From Actinomycetota bacterium (GTDB lineage Bacteria > Actinomycetota > Aquicultoria > UBA3085 > Oleimmundimicrobiaceae), in the NCBI GenBank assembly GCA_030017835.1, contig JASEGU010000005.1:5593-69592 (forward strand): a stretch of 64,000 nucleotides of DNA, given 5' to 3'. The notes under the pieces were generated by a model, which ran no database searches, was not told where the DNA came from, and saw only the letters and a list, made by a program, of their open reading frames with translations. The translations under genes and the position numbers were made by a program. Shown one piece after another: positions 12,614 to 25,000 of the stretch (positions are counted from its first letter, which is position 1; each line of letters starts with the position of its first letter).

Positions 12614-13684
12614 CTAGCTTGCTTTTTCTATCACTCCACCGCCGATAAGGACGTCGCCTTGATAACAGACAACAGACTGTCCTGGGGTTATTGCCCTTTC
12701 AGTTTCATCGAATATGACTTCCATCCTCGCCCCATCAATCGACCTCATGAGAGCCGCCTTGGCCTCCATATTGTACCTTATCTTGGCCTCGACCTTCATC
12801 TCGGTATTGAGTTCATCGAAGGCGATGAAGTTCAAGTCCTTGGCGATCAGGCTCTTTTTGTAAAGCTCTTCGTTTTCACCGACAACAACTCGGTTTTTCA
12901 CCGGATCGAGCTCAATGACGTAGAGGGGCTTGTCGTGAGATATGCCGATGCCCTTGCGTTGACCGATGGTGAAGTTGAAGAGACCCGAATGCTTCTTCAA
13001 AAACCGCTTATCGGTGGTCACGATATCACCCTCTTTAGGCGAAAGACCGCCTTTTTCTTGTAAGAATTTGACATACTCGTTTCCGGCGACAAAGCAGATC
13101 TCTTGGCTCTCCTCAGTTGAGGTCGGAAGCTTCAAATCGCTTGCGATCTTCTTGACCTCACTTTTTAGATATCCGCCCAGGGGTGTCAGGATATCTTTGA
13201 GCTGGCTTTGGCCCAGCCTCCAGAGCATGTATGATTGATCCTTCATCTTATCTCGGCCCTTCAAGATGAGACGGCGCCCGCTCTTCTGGTCGGTTTCGAG
13301 ATTAACATAATGGCCGGTCGCAAGCTTATCGGCCCCAAAGGATTTGGCGGCTTTGAGAAGATGGCCCATCTTTATCATCTTGTTGCAATTGACACAGGGA
13401 TTGGGAGTGAGACCATTGGAGTAATCTTGAATGAAGGACTCGATTACGAACTTTGCGAACTCATCGGTCAGATCGACCACCTTGTGATCTATCTTGAGCG
13501 CGGCGGCGACCCGGCTGGCCGGCTCCAACGCTTCGCCCCAACCAAATAACTTCATGGTGATGGCGATGACATCGTACCCCCGTTCAAGCAGGAGAGCAGC
13601 AACAACGGCGCTATCGACTCCACCGCTCAAGCCCACGGCCACGGTCTCCTTCAACTTGCTACCTCCAAAAAGGATAGATTTCAT
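12614..13684 (-). CDS. mnmA: tRNA 2-thiouridine(34) synthase MnmA
   Basis: PP-loop AVGLSGGVDSAV, PNPCVNCN motif, and a C-terminal barrel region. Confidence 0.93.
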   Translation of the reverse strand: MKSILFGGSKLKETVAVGLSGGVDSAVVAALLLERGYDVIAITMKLFGWGEALEPASRVAAALKIDHKVVDLTDEFAKFVIESFIQDYSNGLTPNPCVNCNKMIKMGHLLKAAKSFGADKLATGHYVNLETDQKSGRRLILKGRDKMKDQSYMLWRLGQSQLKDILTPLGGYLKSEVKKIASDLKLPTSTEESQEICFVAGNEYVKFLQEKGGLSPKEGDIVTTDKRFLKKHSGLFNFTIGQRKGIGISHDKPLYVIELDPVKNRVVVGENEELYKKSLIAKDLNFIAFDELNTEMKVEAKIRYNMEAKAALMRSIDGARMEVIFDETERAITPGQSVVCYQGDVLIGGGVIEKAS

Positions 13685-13699
13685 GCAAGAATTTTAACA

Positions 13700-15022
13700 T
13701 CATTTGCCGCGCCTCTGGCCGTCACGTCTCTTTAACCAATCGGCATATAGGCGCCCCTCCAGTCCAGAGCTTGACGGATGATAGTATTTTACCTCCTTCA
13801 GCTCATCGGGCATATAATTTTGATCGACAAAATTATTCGGATAATTGTGCGGATACTTATAGCCCTGACCAAATTTCATCTCTTTGGCTCCAGAGTAACC
13901 CGCCTCTTTAAGGTGATTTGGCACATCCAGAGCTCCGTATCTCTCCTGAGCCCTCTCGCCTTCCATCAGAGCCAGAGTCACCGAATTGCTCTTAGGAGAA
14001 AGGGATAGATAGAGAGCGGCGTGGGCCAGATTGAGTTTGGCCTCGGGGAGACCAACCACGTTTAGCGCATCAAAGGCCGAGACGGCCACTTCAAGAGCGC
14101 GCGAGTTAGCAAGCCCGATATCTTCGGATGCTAGTATTATCATCCTTCTTGCGATAAATTTGGGATCTTCTCCGGCCTTGAGCATCGCGGTAAGCCAATG
14201 AATGGCGGCGTCTGGATCAGAGCCCCTGATGCTCTTGATGAAGGCCGATATGTTATCGTAGTGGACATCAAGGCCTTTGCCGTAGTAGCTCTTCCTTTCG
14301 GGAATCAGGCTGAGGATTAAGTCCTTACCCACCACCACCTTACCCTTTGCGCCCTTTTCGGCCAGAAGAATGGCCGCCTCGAGAAGATTTAGGGCAGTCC
14401 GGCCGTCGCCACCCGCCATATCGGCTATTGTCTCGATGGCTTCGCCCTCAAAGCTTACATCGCCCTCTCCTCCTTCCAATTTGAGGGCCCTTCTTAGAAT
14501 CGCCCCCACGGCCTGGCTGGAGAGAGGCTCGAAGCGAAAGACCCAGGAGCGCGAGATCAAGGGAGGATTGACTTCAAAATAGGGATTTTCGGTCGTCGCC
14601 CCGATCAAGGCGATGGTTCCGTCCTCGATGACGGGAAGGAGGATGTCCTGTTGAGCCTTGTTGAACCTATGGATCTCATCGATGAAGAGGATCGTCCTCT
14701 TCGACTCAGCCTCAGCAAGAGCTCTGGCCTCATCGATTATCTTTCTCATCTCAGCGACGCCTGCGCTGACTGCGCTTATCTTCCTGAAATGGGATTTGGT
14801 GATATTTGAGATGATCTCAGCAAGCGTGGTCTTGCCTGTGCCAGGCGGTCCCCAGAATACGACGGACCTTATGCCGTCCTCGGCTATCATCGTTGCGAGC
14901 GGCGCGCCTTTGGATATGATCTTCTCTTGACCGAAGAAGTCGTCTAGTCTCCTTGGGCGCATTCTGCTCGCAAGCGGTTCAAGGGCGAACGAATTGAGGT
15001 GAGAGGTTTTATCTTGATCCAT
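13700..15022 (-). CDS. rarA: Replication-associated recombination protein A (RarA/MgsA AAA+ ATPase)
   Basis: Motifs MRPRRLDDFFGQEKI, GPPGTGKTTLA and IDEIHRFNKAQQD, plus the MgsA C-terminal domain. The ORF track extends it to 15160, but the 46-aa extension has no RarA-like sequence, so I chose the start at MDQDK. Confidence 0.85.
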   Translation of the reverse strand: MDQDKTSHLNSFALEPLASRMRPRRLDDFFGQEKIISKGAPLATMIAEDGIRSVVFWGPPGTGKTTLAEIISNITKSHFRKISAVSAGVAEMRKIIDEARALAEAESKRTILFIDEIHRFNKAQQDILLPVIEDGTIALIGATTENPYFEVNPPLISRSWVFRFEPLSSQAVGAILRRALKLEGGEGDVSFEGEAIETIADMAGGDGRTALNLLEAAILLAEKGAKGKVVVGKDLILSLIPERKSYYGKGLDVHYDNISAFIKSIRGSDPDAAIHWLTAMLKAGEDPKFIARRMIILASEDIGLANSRALEVAVSAFDALNVVGLPEAKLNLAHAALYLSLSPKSNSVTLALMEGERAQERYGALDVPNHLKEAGYSGAKEMKFGQGYKYPHNYPNNFVDQNYMPDELKEVKYYHPSSSGLEGRLYADWLKRRDGQRRGK

Positions 15023-15249
15023 AAGAGACTCATACTGGTGGAGAATAGAGGAGGAGGCTCCGCCATGCCGTTTGAAACGACCCTTTTTGAACCCGAGGCC
15101 CAAAAAGGTGGGTGCCCTGCCAAGCACCTTGAAAGTCCTCAAGCATTGAGGCATGTTCAACGTACCCGGACCTAAGGCTCCCTACTGTGAGTGTTGGTTC
15201 AAATTAAGCGTCGCATCCACGCACATCGCAGAACCCCCATACTAGATTA

Positions 15250-15258
15250 AATATACCA
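15250..15258 (-). promoter_or_regulatory. Candidate extended -10 element TGGTATATT (minus strand)
   Basis: TGnTATATT sits 9 nt upstream of an ATG at 15240, in the 270-nt aspS-rarA spacer. A weak TTGCTT -35 lies 15 nt upstream. Confidence 0.35.
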
Positions 15259-15293
15259 TAACTTAAAAGAAAGCAACATCTGACCCTTCAGTA

Positions 15294-17069
<1,776 letters not shown>

Positions 17070-18350
17070 CTATGCCTCTTTGTTCCGATTAAGATTTTTT
17101 ATAAGCCAGCCCGCTGCATCAGCCAGCAAGACTTCTGTCTGCTCTCCGGCCGCCATGGACTTTATCGAGACCATCCCCCTTGCCAACTCCTGCTCGCCAA
17201 GGATGATAACGAAGGTGGCGCCCATCTTTCCAGCAAGCTTCATCTGCCCCTTAAATGTCCTTAAGCCGTAGTCCATCTCAGCCGATAACCCGGCTTTGCG
17301 TAGGTTCATAAGCAGCTTGAACGCCTCTCGCCTGGCCTCATCGGTTGAGATAATGAAGAGATCTAGGGATGGGGTGGCCGAGGGGGGGATGTCCAAAGCT
17401 TGAAGGGCCAGCAAGACCCGCTCGGTCCCGATGGCAAAACCGATCGATGGAATGTGCGGGCCTCCAAGCTCCTCTGAGAGCCCATCATAGCGGCCGCCGC
17501 CGCCAAGGGCATTCTGGGCTCCAAGCGCGCCCGACCTCACTTCAAAGGTCGTCTTGGTATAGTAATCGAAACCGCGAACCAGTGAGGAATCGACGATAAA
17601 ATCGATCCCAAGATCACCGAGCGCCTCTCTGACCGCATCGAAATGATCATTGCAGTCTTTGCATAGGTAGTCGCCTATCTTGGGCGCAGTCTTAAGGCTC
17701 TCGATACAATTTGGATTCTTGCAATCAAAGACTCTCAAGGGATTGGACGCCGCCCTTAAGCGGCAATCATCACAGAGATCGCGAGCCCTCTCTTTGAGGT
17801 CTTTCTTGAGTGAGGCGGCAAAGTCTTTGCGGCATCCCTTGCAGCCCATGCTGTTTAGGTGAAGGGCGAGTTCGCTCAGACCGAGTTCGGTCAAGGCGTA
17901 GTGAAGGAGGGTGATATTCTCGGCATCGATGAGAGGATCGCTTGAGCCGATTGCCTCCACCCCGATCTGGTAGAACTCGCGGTATCGTCCGGCCTGTGGC
18001 CTCTCATAACGAAACATCTGCCCGCTATAGTAGAGCTTGACCGGCATCGGCATCGATGTTAGCCCATGCTCCAAAAAGGCCCTGATTACCGGGGCCGTCC
18101 CTTCGGGACGCAAAGTCAGGCTGCGGCCTCCCTTATCTTTGAATGTATACATCTCCTTGCTGACAATATCGGTCGCCTCACCTATGGTGCGCGTGAAGAG
18201 CTCGGTATGTTCGAAGGTTGGGGTGATAATGGGTGAGTAGCCGAATCTCTCAAAGATTTCCATGATCCTTCGTTCGACATGCGACTTCTTGACCGCCTTA
18301 TCTAAGAGTATGTCTGATGTGCCGCGTGCCGCTTTGATGATAGCCTCCAA
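17070..18350 (-). CDS. hisS: Histidine--tRNA ligase
   Basis: 426 aa. Motifs RGTSDILL, LRPEGTAPV, YRYERPQAGRYREFYQ and GGGRYDGL. Confidence 0.96.
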   Translation of the reverse strand: MEAIIKAARGTSDILLDKAVKKSHVERRIMEIFERFGYSPIITPTFEHTELFTRTIGEATDIVSKEMYTFKDKGGRSLTLRPEGTAPVIRAFLEHGLTSMPMPVKLYYSGQMFRYERPQAGRYREFYQIGVEAIGSSDPLIDAENITLLHYALTELGLSELALHLNSMGCKGCRKDFAASLKKDLKERARDLCDDCRLRAASNPLRVFDCKNPNCIESLKTAPKIGDYLCKDCNDHFDAVREALGDLGIDFIVDSSLVRGFDYYTKTTFEVRSGALGAQNALGGGGRYDGLSEELGGPHIPSIGFAIGTERVLLALQALDIPPSATPSLDLFIISTDEARREAFKLLMNLRKAGLSAEMDYGLRTFKGQMKLAGKMGATFVIILGEQELARGMVSIKSMAAGEQTEVLLADAAGWLIKNLNRNKEA

Positions 18351-18353
18351 AAA

Positions 18354-19013
18354 TCAGCCAAAAATTTCGAGCAAAAAGGGATTGCTTATCTTCTCTCGTC
18401 CGATGGTCGACGGATCGCCGTGACCGGGAAGAACTTTGACCTCATCAGGCAGAGAAGCGACCCTCTCTAGTGACTCCTTTAAGACCTCGTAAGAGCCGTA
18501 GGGAAAATCAGTCCGCCCGACCGAACCGGCAAAGAGGAGATCGCCGGTGAACAACAAATCATCCAGCTTAAGGGAGATGCTGCCCGGCGTATGTCCGGGA
18601 GTGTGGATCACCTCGAAGCTGAGATCGCCAAGCTCAATCACATCTCCATCATCGACCTCTCTTATCTCAAAATCGAAGGTAGCCGCCCGTCCAAATAGGG
18701 TCGAGAGATTGCCGCCCGGTTTGGCCAATAATATTCCATCTTGACCATGAAGACAAACCTTGGCGCAAGTCTTCTCGACCAGGTCCTTGACCGCCCCGAT
18801 ATGATCATAGTGTCCATGAGTCAAGATGATCGTTTTGGCTTTAAGGCCCTCCTCTTTTAAGGCGGCCATTATAAGGTCAGCATTTGCTCCTGGATCGATG
18901 ACGGCTGCCTCTTTGGAGCTTGAGCCGACTATGTAACAATTGGTCCCGATACCTCCAACGACTACTCTCTTTACGACCAAACTCTCCTCCAAGGGGGACA
19001 ATAAATCTTCCAT
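18354..19013 (-). CDS. MBL-fold metallo-hydrolase (glyoxalase II-like)
   Basis: THGHYDH motif, HTPGHTPGS, and GDLLFAGSVGRTD. Confidence 0.85.
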   Translation of the reverse strand: MEDLLSPLEESLVVKRVVVGGIGTNCYIVGSSSKEAAVIDPGANADLIMAALKEEGLKAKTIILTHGHYDHIGAVKDLVEKTCAKVCLHGQDGILLAKPGGNLSTLFGRAATFDFEIREVDDGDVIELGDLSFEVIHTPGHTPGSISLKLDDLLFTGDLLFAGSVGRTDFPYGSYEVLKESLERVASLPDEVKVLPGHGDPSTIGREKISNPFLLEIFG

Positions 19014-19039
19014 AAACCTCTAAATATTAACACAAACCG

Positions 19040-19489
19040 CTAGATATTCTTTGCGCTGTCCAAAATTATGGTCACCGGACCGTCTCCGATCATCCCAACT
19101 TCCATCATCGCCCCAAAGACCCCGCTCTGTATCTTAAGGCCCCCGCGGCCAAACATCTCGATCGCCGCTTTGTAGAGCTCTTTGGCGAGCGTGGAAGGGG
19201 CGGCGTCGGTAAAGCTTGGACGCCGCCCCTTCTGCACATTCGCAAGCAAGGTAAATTGGGAGACGATCAGGATCTCACCGCCGATCTCTCTGACCGAAAC
19301 GTCCATATTCTTCTCGTTTGATGGAAATATGCGCATATTTAAGATCTTGTCGACCATATAATCGAGATCCGCCCTTGAGTCTGATGAAGAGATTCCGAGG
19401 AGGACAAGGAGGCCAGCTCCAATGGATCCGACAACCTCTCCCTCCACTTTAACCTCAGCCGATTTTACCCTCTGAATTACTCCTTTCAG
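19040..19489 (-). CDS. dtd: D-aminoacyl-tRNA deacylase
   Basis: Dtd motifs GLLVLLGI, SQFTL and NDGPVT-type GDGPVT. The conserved N-terminus (L)KGVIQRVKSAEVKV lies upstream of the tracked GTG (19447). It can only be included via CTG at 19487-19489, behind the AAGGGGGA SD. Confidence 0.85.
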   Translation of the reverse strand: MKGVIQRVKSAEVKVEGEVVGSIGAGLLVLLGISSSDSRADLDYMVDKILNMRIFPSNEKNMDVSVREIGGEILIVSQFTLLANVQKGRRPSFTDAAPSTLAKELYKAAIEMFGRGGLKIQSGVFGAMMEVGMIGDGPVTIILDSAKNI

Positions 19490-19504
19490 CGAAGGTCCCC
19501 CTTT

Positions 19505-21661
19505 TTAAGCCGACACTCGATAGGCATCGTAGACGCTGTCTATCTTTTTGACGTTGGCCAGGATGTGATCGAGATGGGATAGGCTGCTTATATCGAAAAC
19601 GAACTTGAAGATGGCCACATTATTTTTGTCGGTCAGAAGGGAGGCTGATTTTATATTGACGCCCATCTCGCTGATGGCCGAGCTGATATCGCGAAGGAGC
19701 TTGGTCCGGTCAATCGCCTCGACTTGTATCTCGGCCTGGAAGAGATCGCCTCCGCTTGTATCCCAATGGACATCGATCAAGCGGGCCGAGTGTTTCTCCC
19801 GAATGCTTCTCATGTTAGAACAGTCTTTTCTGTGAATCGTCACTCCCCGGCCGACGGTTATGAAGCCAACTATGTCATCCATCGGGACCGGGTCGCAGCA
19901 GCGGGCAAGACGGGTCAGCATCCCTTCCGAACCGGCCACCCTAACTCCTTTCGCCTTTTTGATCTCCTTTTTTGGAACTTGAGAAAACTTCAGCTCCACC
20001 TCTTCCTGAGTCTCCTCTTCCAGGCTTAAGAGATTCATAAGCTTGGTCACAAGTTGACGGGCAGAGATGTTGCCGCTTCCCATGTTGGCAAAGAGAGTCT
20101 CTTGATCGCTCGCGTTCATCGATTTGGCCGCGGCCGTCAGGGTTTCAGCCGGGATTGAAGCGAGGCTCATCCCCTTCTTTTTGAGCTCCTTGGCCAGGGC
20201 TTCCTTGCCCGCATGCTCCATGCCCTCGCGGCTCTCCTTGCTGAACCACTGCCTTATCTTGGTCCTGGCCCGAGAAGTCTTGACGATCTTTAACCAGTCG
20301 CGGCTGGGATTGGACGATTTAGAGGTCAAGATCTCAACTATATCGCCGCTTCTCAGCTCATAGCCCAAAGGAACGATCTTGCCGCCCACCTTGGCCCCGA
20401 TGCACCTGTGGCCGACATCGGTATGAATGGTGTAGGCGAAATCGAGCGGAGTCGAGCCCATTGGCAGGCTGATCACCTTGCCTTTTGGGGTGAAGACGAA
20501 GACCTCGCTCTCGAAGAGATCCGTCTTTAGGGTCTCCAAAAAGTCTTTGGGATCCTTGGTCTCGCTTTCCCACTCCAGCATCTGCCTAAGCCAGGAGAGA
20601 CGCTCTTCAAATCTGTCCATCTTACCGCCCTCTTTATAGCGCCAATGGGCGGCGATGCCATAATCAGCAGTCTTGTGCATCTCATATGTCCTGATTTGAA
20701 GCTCTAAGGGTTTGCCATTGGGCCCGATGACCACGGTGTGGAGGGAGCGGTACATATTGAATTTGGGCATGGCGATATAATCTTTGAATTTGCCAGGTAT
20801 CGGTTTCCAGAGGGAATGGACGACGCCAAGGGTTGCGTAGCAGTCTCTTACCGAACCCACCAGAATGCGCAGACCGGAGAGATCATAGATCTCGTTGAAT
20901 TCCTTCCCTCGCCTTATCATCTTCTGATCGATGCTGTAATAGTGCTTGACCCGGCCGATTATCTCATGCTTTATCCTCATCTTCTTGAGTTCAGCGGCAA
21001 GTTGGCCTGTCGCCTCCTCGAGATAGGCCTCTCTCTGCCGCCTCGTCTCTGAGACGGTCTTTGCGATCTGAGCATACTTCTTGGGCTCCAGAGCCTTAAA
21101 TGAAAGATCCTCCAACTCCCACTTAGCCTTGAAGATTCCCAGACGATGAGCAAGGGGGGCGTAAATATCAAGAGTCTCCTTGGCTTTTTGCCGCTGTTTC
21201 TCCGGGCTCAAGTGTTCGATGGTCCTCATGTTGTCGAGGCGGTCGGCTATCTTTATCAGGATGACCCTGATGTCCTTGGCCATCGAAATCAGCATCTTGC
21301 GCAGGTTCTCGGCCTGCTCCTCTTCCCTGCTAACAAACTCTATTTTGCCAAGTTTTGTCAGACCATCGATCAGCTCGGCCACTTCGCTTCCGAACTCGCT
21401 CTCGATCTCTTCCAAGGTTATCGCGGTATCCTCGACAACATCGTGAAGAAGGGCGGCCGCAATGCTGGTTGAGTCGAGTTCCATTTCAGCCAAGATATTT
21501 GCCACGCCGAGCGGATGAAAGATGTAGAGATCGCCTGACTTCCTATACTGATCTAGGTGAGCCTTCTTGGCCAGCGTATATGCCTTCTTAATCAGAGTAA
21601 GATCGGCCTCGGGGCTGTAGCTATTTATCTTTTCGATTAACTGCTTGATGTATCTTTCCAT
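19505..21661 (-). CDS. relA: Bifunctional (p)ppGpp synthetase/hydrolase RelA/SpoT (Rel)
   Basis: 718 aa. HD domain HDVVEDT, synthetase region DYIAMPKFNMYRSLHT, and TGS and ACT C-terminal regions. Confidence 0.96.
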   Translation of the reverse strand: MERYIKQLIEKINSYSPEADLTLIKKAYTLAKKAHLDQYRKSGDLYIFHPLGVANILAEMELDSTSIAAALLHDVVEDTAITLEEIESEFGSEVAELIDGLTKLGKIEFVSREEEQAENLRKMLISMAKDIRVILIKIADRLDNMRTIEHLSPEKQRQKAKETLDIYAPLAHRLGIFKAKWELEDLSFKALEPKKYAQIAKTVSETRRQREAYLEEATGQLAAELKKMRIKHEIIGRVKHYYSIDQKMIRRGKEFNEIYDLSGLRILVGSVRDCYATLGVVHSLWKPIPGKFKDYIAMPKFNMYRSLHTVVIGPNGKPLELQIRTYEMHKTADYGIAAHWRYKEGGKMDRFEERLSWLRQMLEWESETKDPKDFLETLKTDLFESEVFVFTPKGKVISLPMGSTPLDFAYTIHTDVGHRCIGAKVGGKIVPLGYELRSGDIVEILTSKSSNPSRDWLKIVKTSRARTKIRQWFSKESREGMEHAGKEALAKELKKKGMSLASIPAETLTAAAKSMNASDQETLFANMGSGNISARQLVTKLMNLLSLEEETQEEVELKFSQVPKKEIKKAKGVRVAGSEGMLTRLARCCDPVPMDDIVGFITVGRGVTIHRKDCSNMRSIREKHSARLIDVHWDTSGGDLFQAEIQVEAIDRTKLLRDISSAISEMGVNIKSASLLTDKNNVAIFKFVFDISSLSHLDHILANVKKIDSVYDAYRVSA

Positions 21662-21670
21662 GATAGGGAT

Positions 21671-21679
21671 ATTTTAACA
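21671..21679 (-). promoter_or_regulatory. Candidate extended -10 element TGTTAAAAT, 9 nt upstream of the relA ATG (near-leaderless layout)
   Basis: Minus strand reads TGTTAAAAT-atccctatc-ATG. There is no SD between the element and the start codon. Confidence 0.4.
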
Positions 21680-22020
21680 AATATTTGCAGGTTGAAATAG
21701 GAATGCCGGTCTAAGTGACAAGATAGGCCTCGATCCCCTGGAGTTTGAGTAATAGAGGGAGCAACTATCGCCCTTTTCGATTTGGAAGATGACCTCCTTG
21801 GACTTTCCAAGGAGCAAGAATTCGGTCGATATTGAGCGGGCCGCCATATTAGATATAAAACAACTATTATTGCGAAGGCAAAAATCCGTCATAGAAGAAC
21901 ATTGGCCCCTCCTGATTAATCCGCCAAAATTTATTCCTTGCGTAAAACCGTTTATTTATTATTGGTACAGCAGTTGAAGATTTTATTCAAGACAAAAATG
22001 GTTTCTGAACTTTGGCTGGA

Positions 22021-25000
22021 TTATTCGACTTTGAGCAGACCTTTGGGGTAGATGGGCTGATTTATCATCGAGAGGAGTTCGTCTTCACCACTCATCATAA
22101 CCCAGTCCTTAAAGCTGGCAAAGAGGTCCTTTTCGTCAACGCCCTCTTCGAACCTTACCGAATCCGAGAGAGAGAGTTTCATCGAGTGATTCTTGAGTCT
22201 TATGACCCTGTCGCCCCGGCTTCCAACGATCTCAAGGAGACCGATCTCTTCGAATATCTTAAGCCCTGCATATATCCCCGATTCGCTCAAAAATTTGCTG
22301 CCGGTCGCCTCCAGCTCGCTCAAGATATCGCAGTTTCCTGCCTCGATACTTCCTGAAGTAGAAGATAGGTTCTTTAGGGTCAGATAGAGATCGGTAAGAC
22401 TCTTTCTGGAAGGGGCCATCGACTCCAAGATGAAGCGATTGATCTTGGCGTCATCCTCGCCGAACAGGAGGTGGATGTCGGCCCGCTCGCCGTCCCTGCC
22501 CGCTCGGCCACTCTCCTGATTGTACTCGATGAAACTGAAGGGCATATGATAGATGAAGATGTCGCTTATGTCCGGGATGTTGACTCCTTCACCGAAAGCG
22601 CTGGTGGAGACGACCACCGAAATGTCCCCCCGCTTGAATCTGGCCTCGATTTCATGCCTGGTTGCGGCATCAAGCCCCGCGTTATAGTAGGCCGTTCGAT
22701 CCTTTAAAGCTGGAAGGTTATCTCTCAGAAAGGAGGCTATTTTAACGCTCTGCTCCCGGCTGTTGACATAAATTATGGACTTATTGCCTCCGGTCCTCTT
22801 TGAAAGAAAATTCCTGATATAATCGTCCTTCTTCTTTATTCCCCTCTTGTCCACCAGCTTTAAGTTTTCCCTTATGAAGGGATCTATTACCAAACGCTCA
22901 ATCCCCAGAGTGTCGATTATCTCCCTTGCCACTTTTTCGCCGGCCGTAGCCGTCAAGGCCAAGATTAGAGGATCTTTTAAATTTTTGGCCATCTGCTTGA
23001 GGCGGGAGTAGAGCGGACGATGAAGCTCGGATGAGGTGCTTACGTGGTGAGCCTCATCGACAACAAAAAAACCGATCTTCTTTGAGAGCACTTGAAACTG
23101 ATCCATATTGTGATGGAGGAACTCTGGAGTCGTCAGGGCGATGTGGGCCGCTCCGGCAAAAAGCGCCGAAAATATCGCCTCCCTCTCCTCGAAATCGATG
23201 TCACCAGAGAGACGAACGACCCCGAGCCCTATCTTTGAGAACTCCTCTTGAAGATAGTTTAATTGGTCGTTTATGAGCGAACGCAAGGGGTAGAGGATTA
23301 TGGATATCTTGTCCTCCTTAATAGCTCGAAGAGCCGAGAATATGTGGAAGATGGCTGATTTTCCCCGCCCCGTTCCCATGATGACCAGGGTATTTTTGCC
23401 CTCTTTTAGCAGGCTGATGGCCTCCCTCTGTTTGGCAAATAGCTCCTTTCCGCTAAGCAAGATTTCTGCAAGTGATTTAATGAGCTCATCTTCGCTTAAA
23501 TCTGCAAGACCAGCAAAGGTGAGCCCGTGCTTAAGTGCTCCTTCTTTCCTTAAGGGTGCATCCTTTTTGACCAGGATGTTTACTCCAAGATTCTTGTCCC
23601 CGCCTCCGGTTACCTCGGTTATCTTTACCTTGTAAGGCACCCCCGAATCTATAGCGGCGGCCAAATGCTTGGAGATGGCCGCCTTAAGAAAGCCGATTTG
23701 GGCTCCCCGCCCGTCCACAATCTTGATGGCGCTGGGGTCGAAGGAATTATTCTCATCCCTAATCAACTTGAGATCTTCGCCCGGAGTGAGCGCTTTGATG
23801 GTCTCCTGGCGACCCTCGAATGTCACCCCAACCGCCTTGGTATAGAATGAATCGGAGTCGATGATGTTTCGATGGGGATCATCCTCGAGCACTTCGGACG
23901 AGCGCAAAAAAAGCTCTTTTAGAAAATTATCGCCTAAAGTCTCTTTTTTGAGATAATCGACCAGATGAAGTTGGGGGGAAACGTTTTCGTTCCATTCATT
24001 TTTGACGAGCCCGCAGACTAAGTCGGCCCCGGCCAAACTATCGGAGTTGAACGAATCGAACTTATCCTTGTGATTGAACGATATCCCGGAAAGTGACGGG
24101 CTTCTCCCACCCCCCCCACTTGGGTGAGCGGCTATCTTGAATGATAGATGCCTCTTATCGCTTCCAACATAACTTGACCCCTCTAGAGATGCGGCCCTCA
24201 ACCGAAAAATGGGCGGGGGATTGCCCACGCCAAATGGGGAGAGCATTTCAAGTTCCTCAAGGAGCTCAAGCGATATATCTGAAGAATCTATCCTTAGATC
24301 GATAGCGAGGCGAGGGATGAGATCGTCTTGACTCAGCCTCTCTTTGGCTATCCGGTTGATCCGCTCCTTAAAATCCTCAATCAGCTCCTCTTTGATCTTT
24401 AAGCCGGCGGCTCCGGCGTGCCCGCCGAAAGTCTCCAGGATATCCTCGCAGCCTGTCAAAGCTTCGAAAAGGTTGAAGGAGGGGATGCTGCGGCCGCTGC
24501 CAACAGCCAGACCGTCCTTTAGGGTTAGAAGAAAGGTGGGACGCTTATATCGATTGGCAAGGCGTGAGGCGACTATCCCCTTGACCCCCTCGTGCCAATC
24601 GGCTGAGGCGAGAACTATCACCAATTCTTTATCCAAATCCAGCTCTTTGGCCATGGAGAAGACCTCGGCCGTGATCGTCTCCTCTATCTTACGCCTCTCT
24701 TTATTCCTTCCATCGATTCGCTTTGCAAGCTCAATCGATTCGTCCAAGTCGCTTGAGAGAAGGAGTTTTACGCATTTGGTGGCATCGGCCACCCTTCCGG
24801 CTGCATTTAAGCGGGGGACAAGAAAATAGGCGGCGTCTTCGGCCGAGACCTTATCCGCCTTGAGCGAGGCGATCTGCATAAGAGCCCTAAGGCCGGGTTT
24901 GCCGCTAGGCTTAAGTCTATTAAGCCCCTCTTTGACCATGACCCTGTTCTCCCCAAGGAGGGGGACCATATCTGCCACCGTCCCCAGAGCCACCAGGTCA

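Noticed and set aside
15140-15180. AGGTCCGG in the aspS-rarA spacer, reminiscent of the SRP RNA domain IV core.
   Set aside because: The flanking bases do not match the conserved GGAAGGAAGCAGC continuation or a symmetric-loop helix. It is only an 8-nt coincidence.
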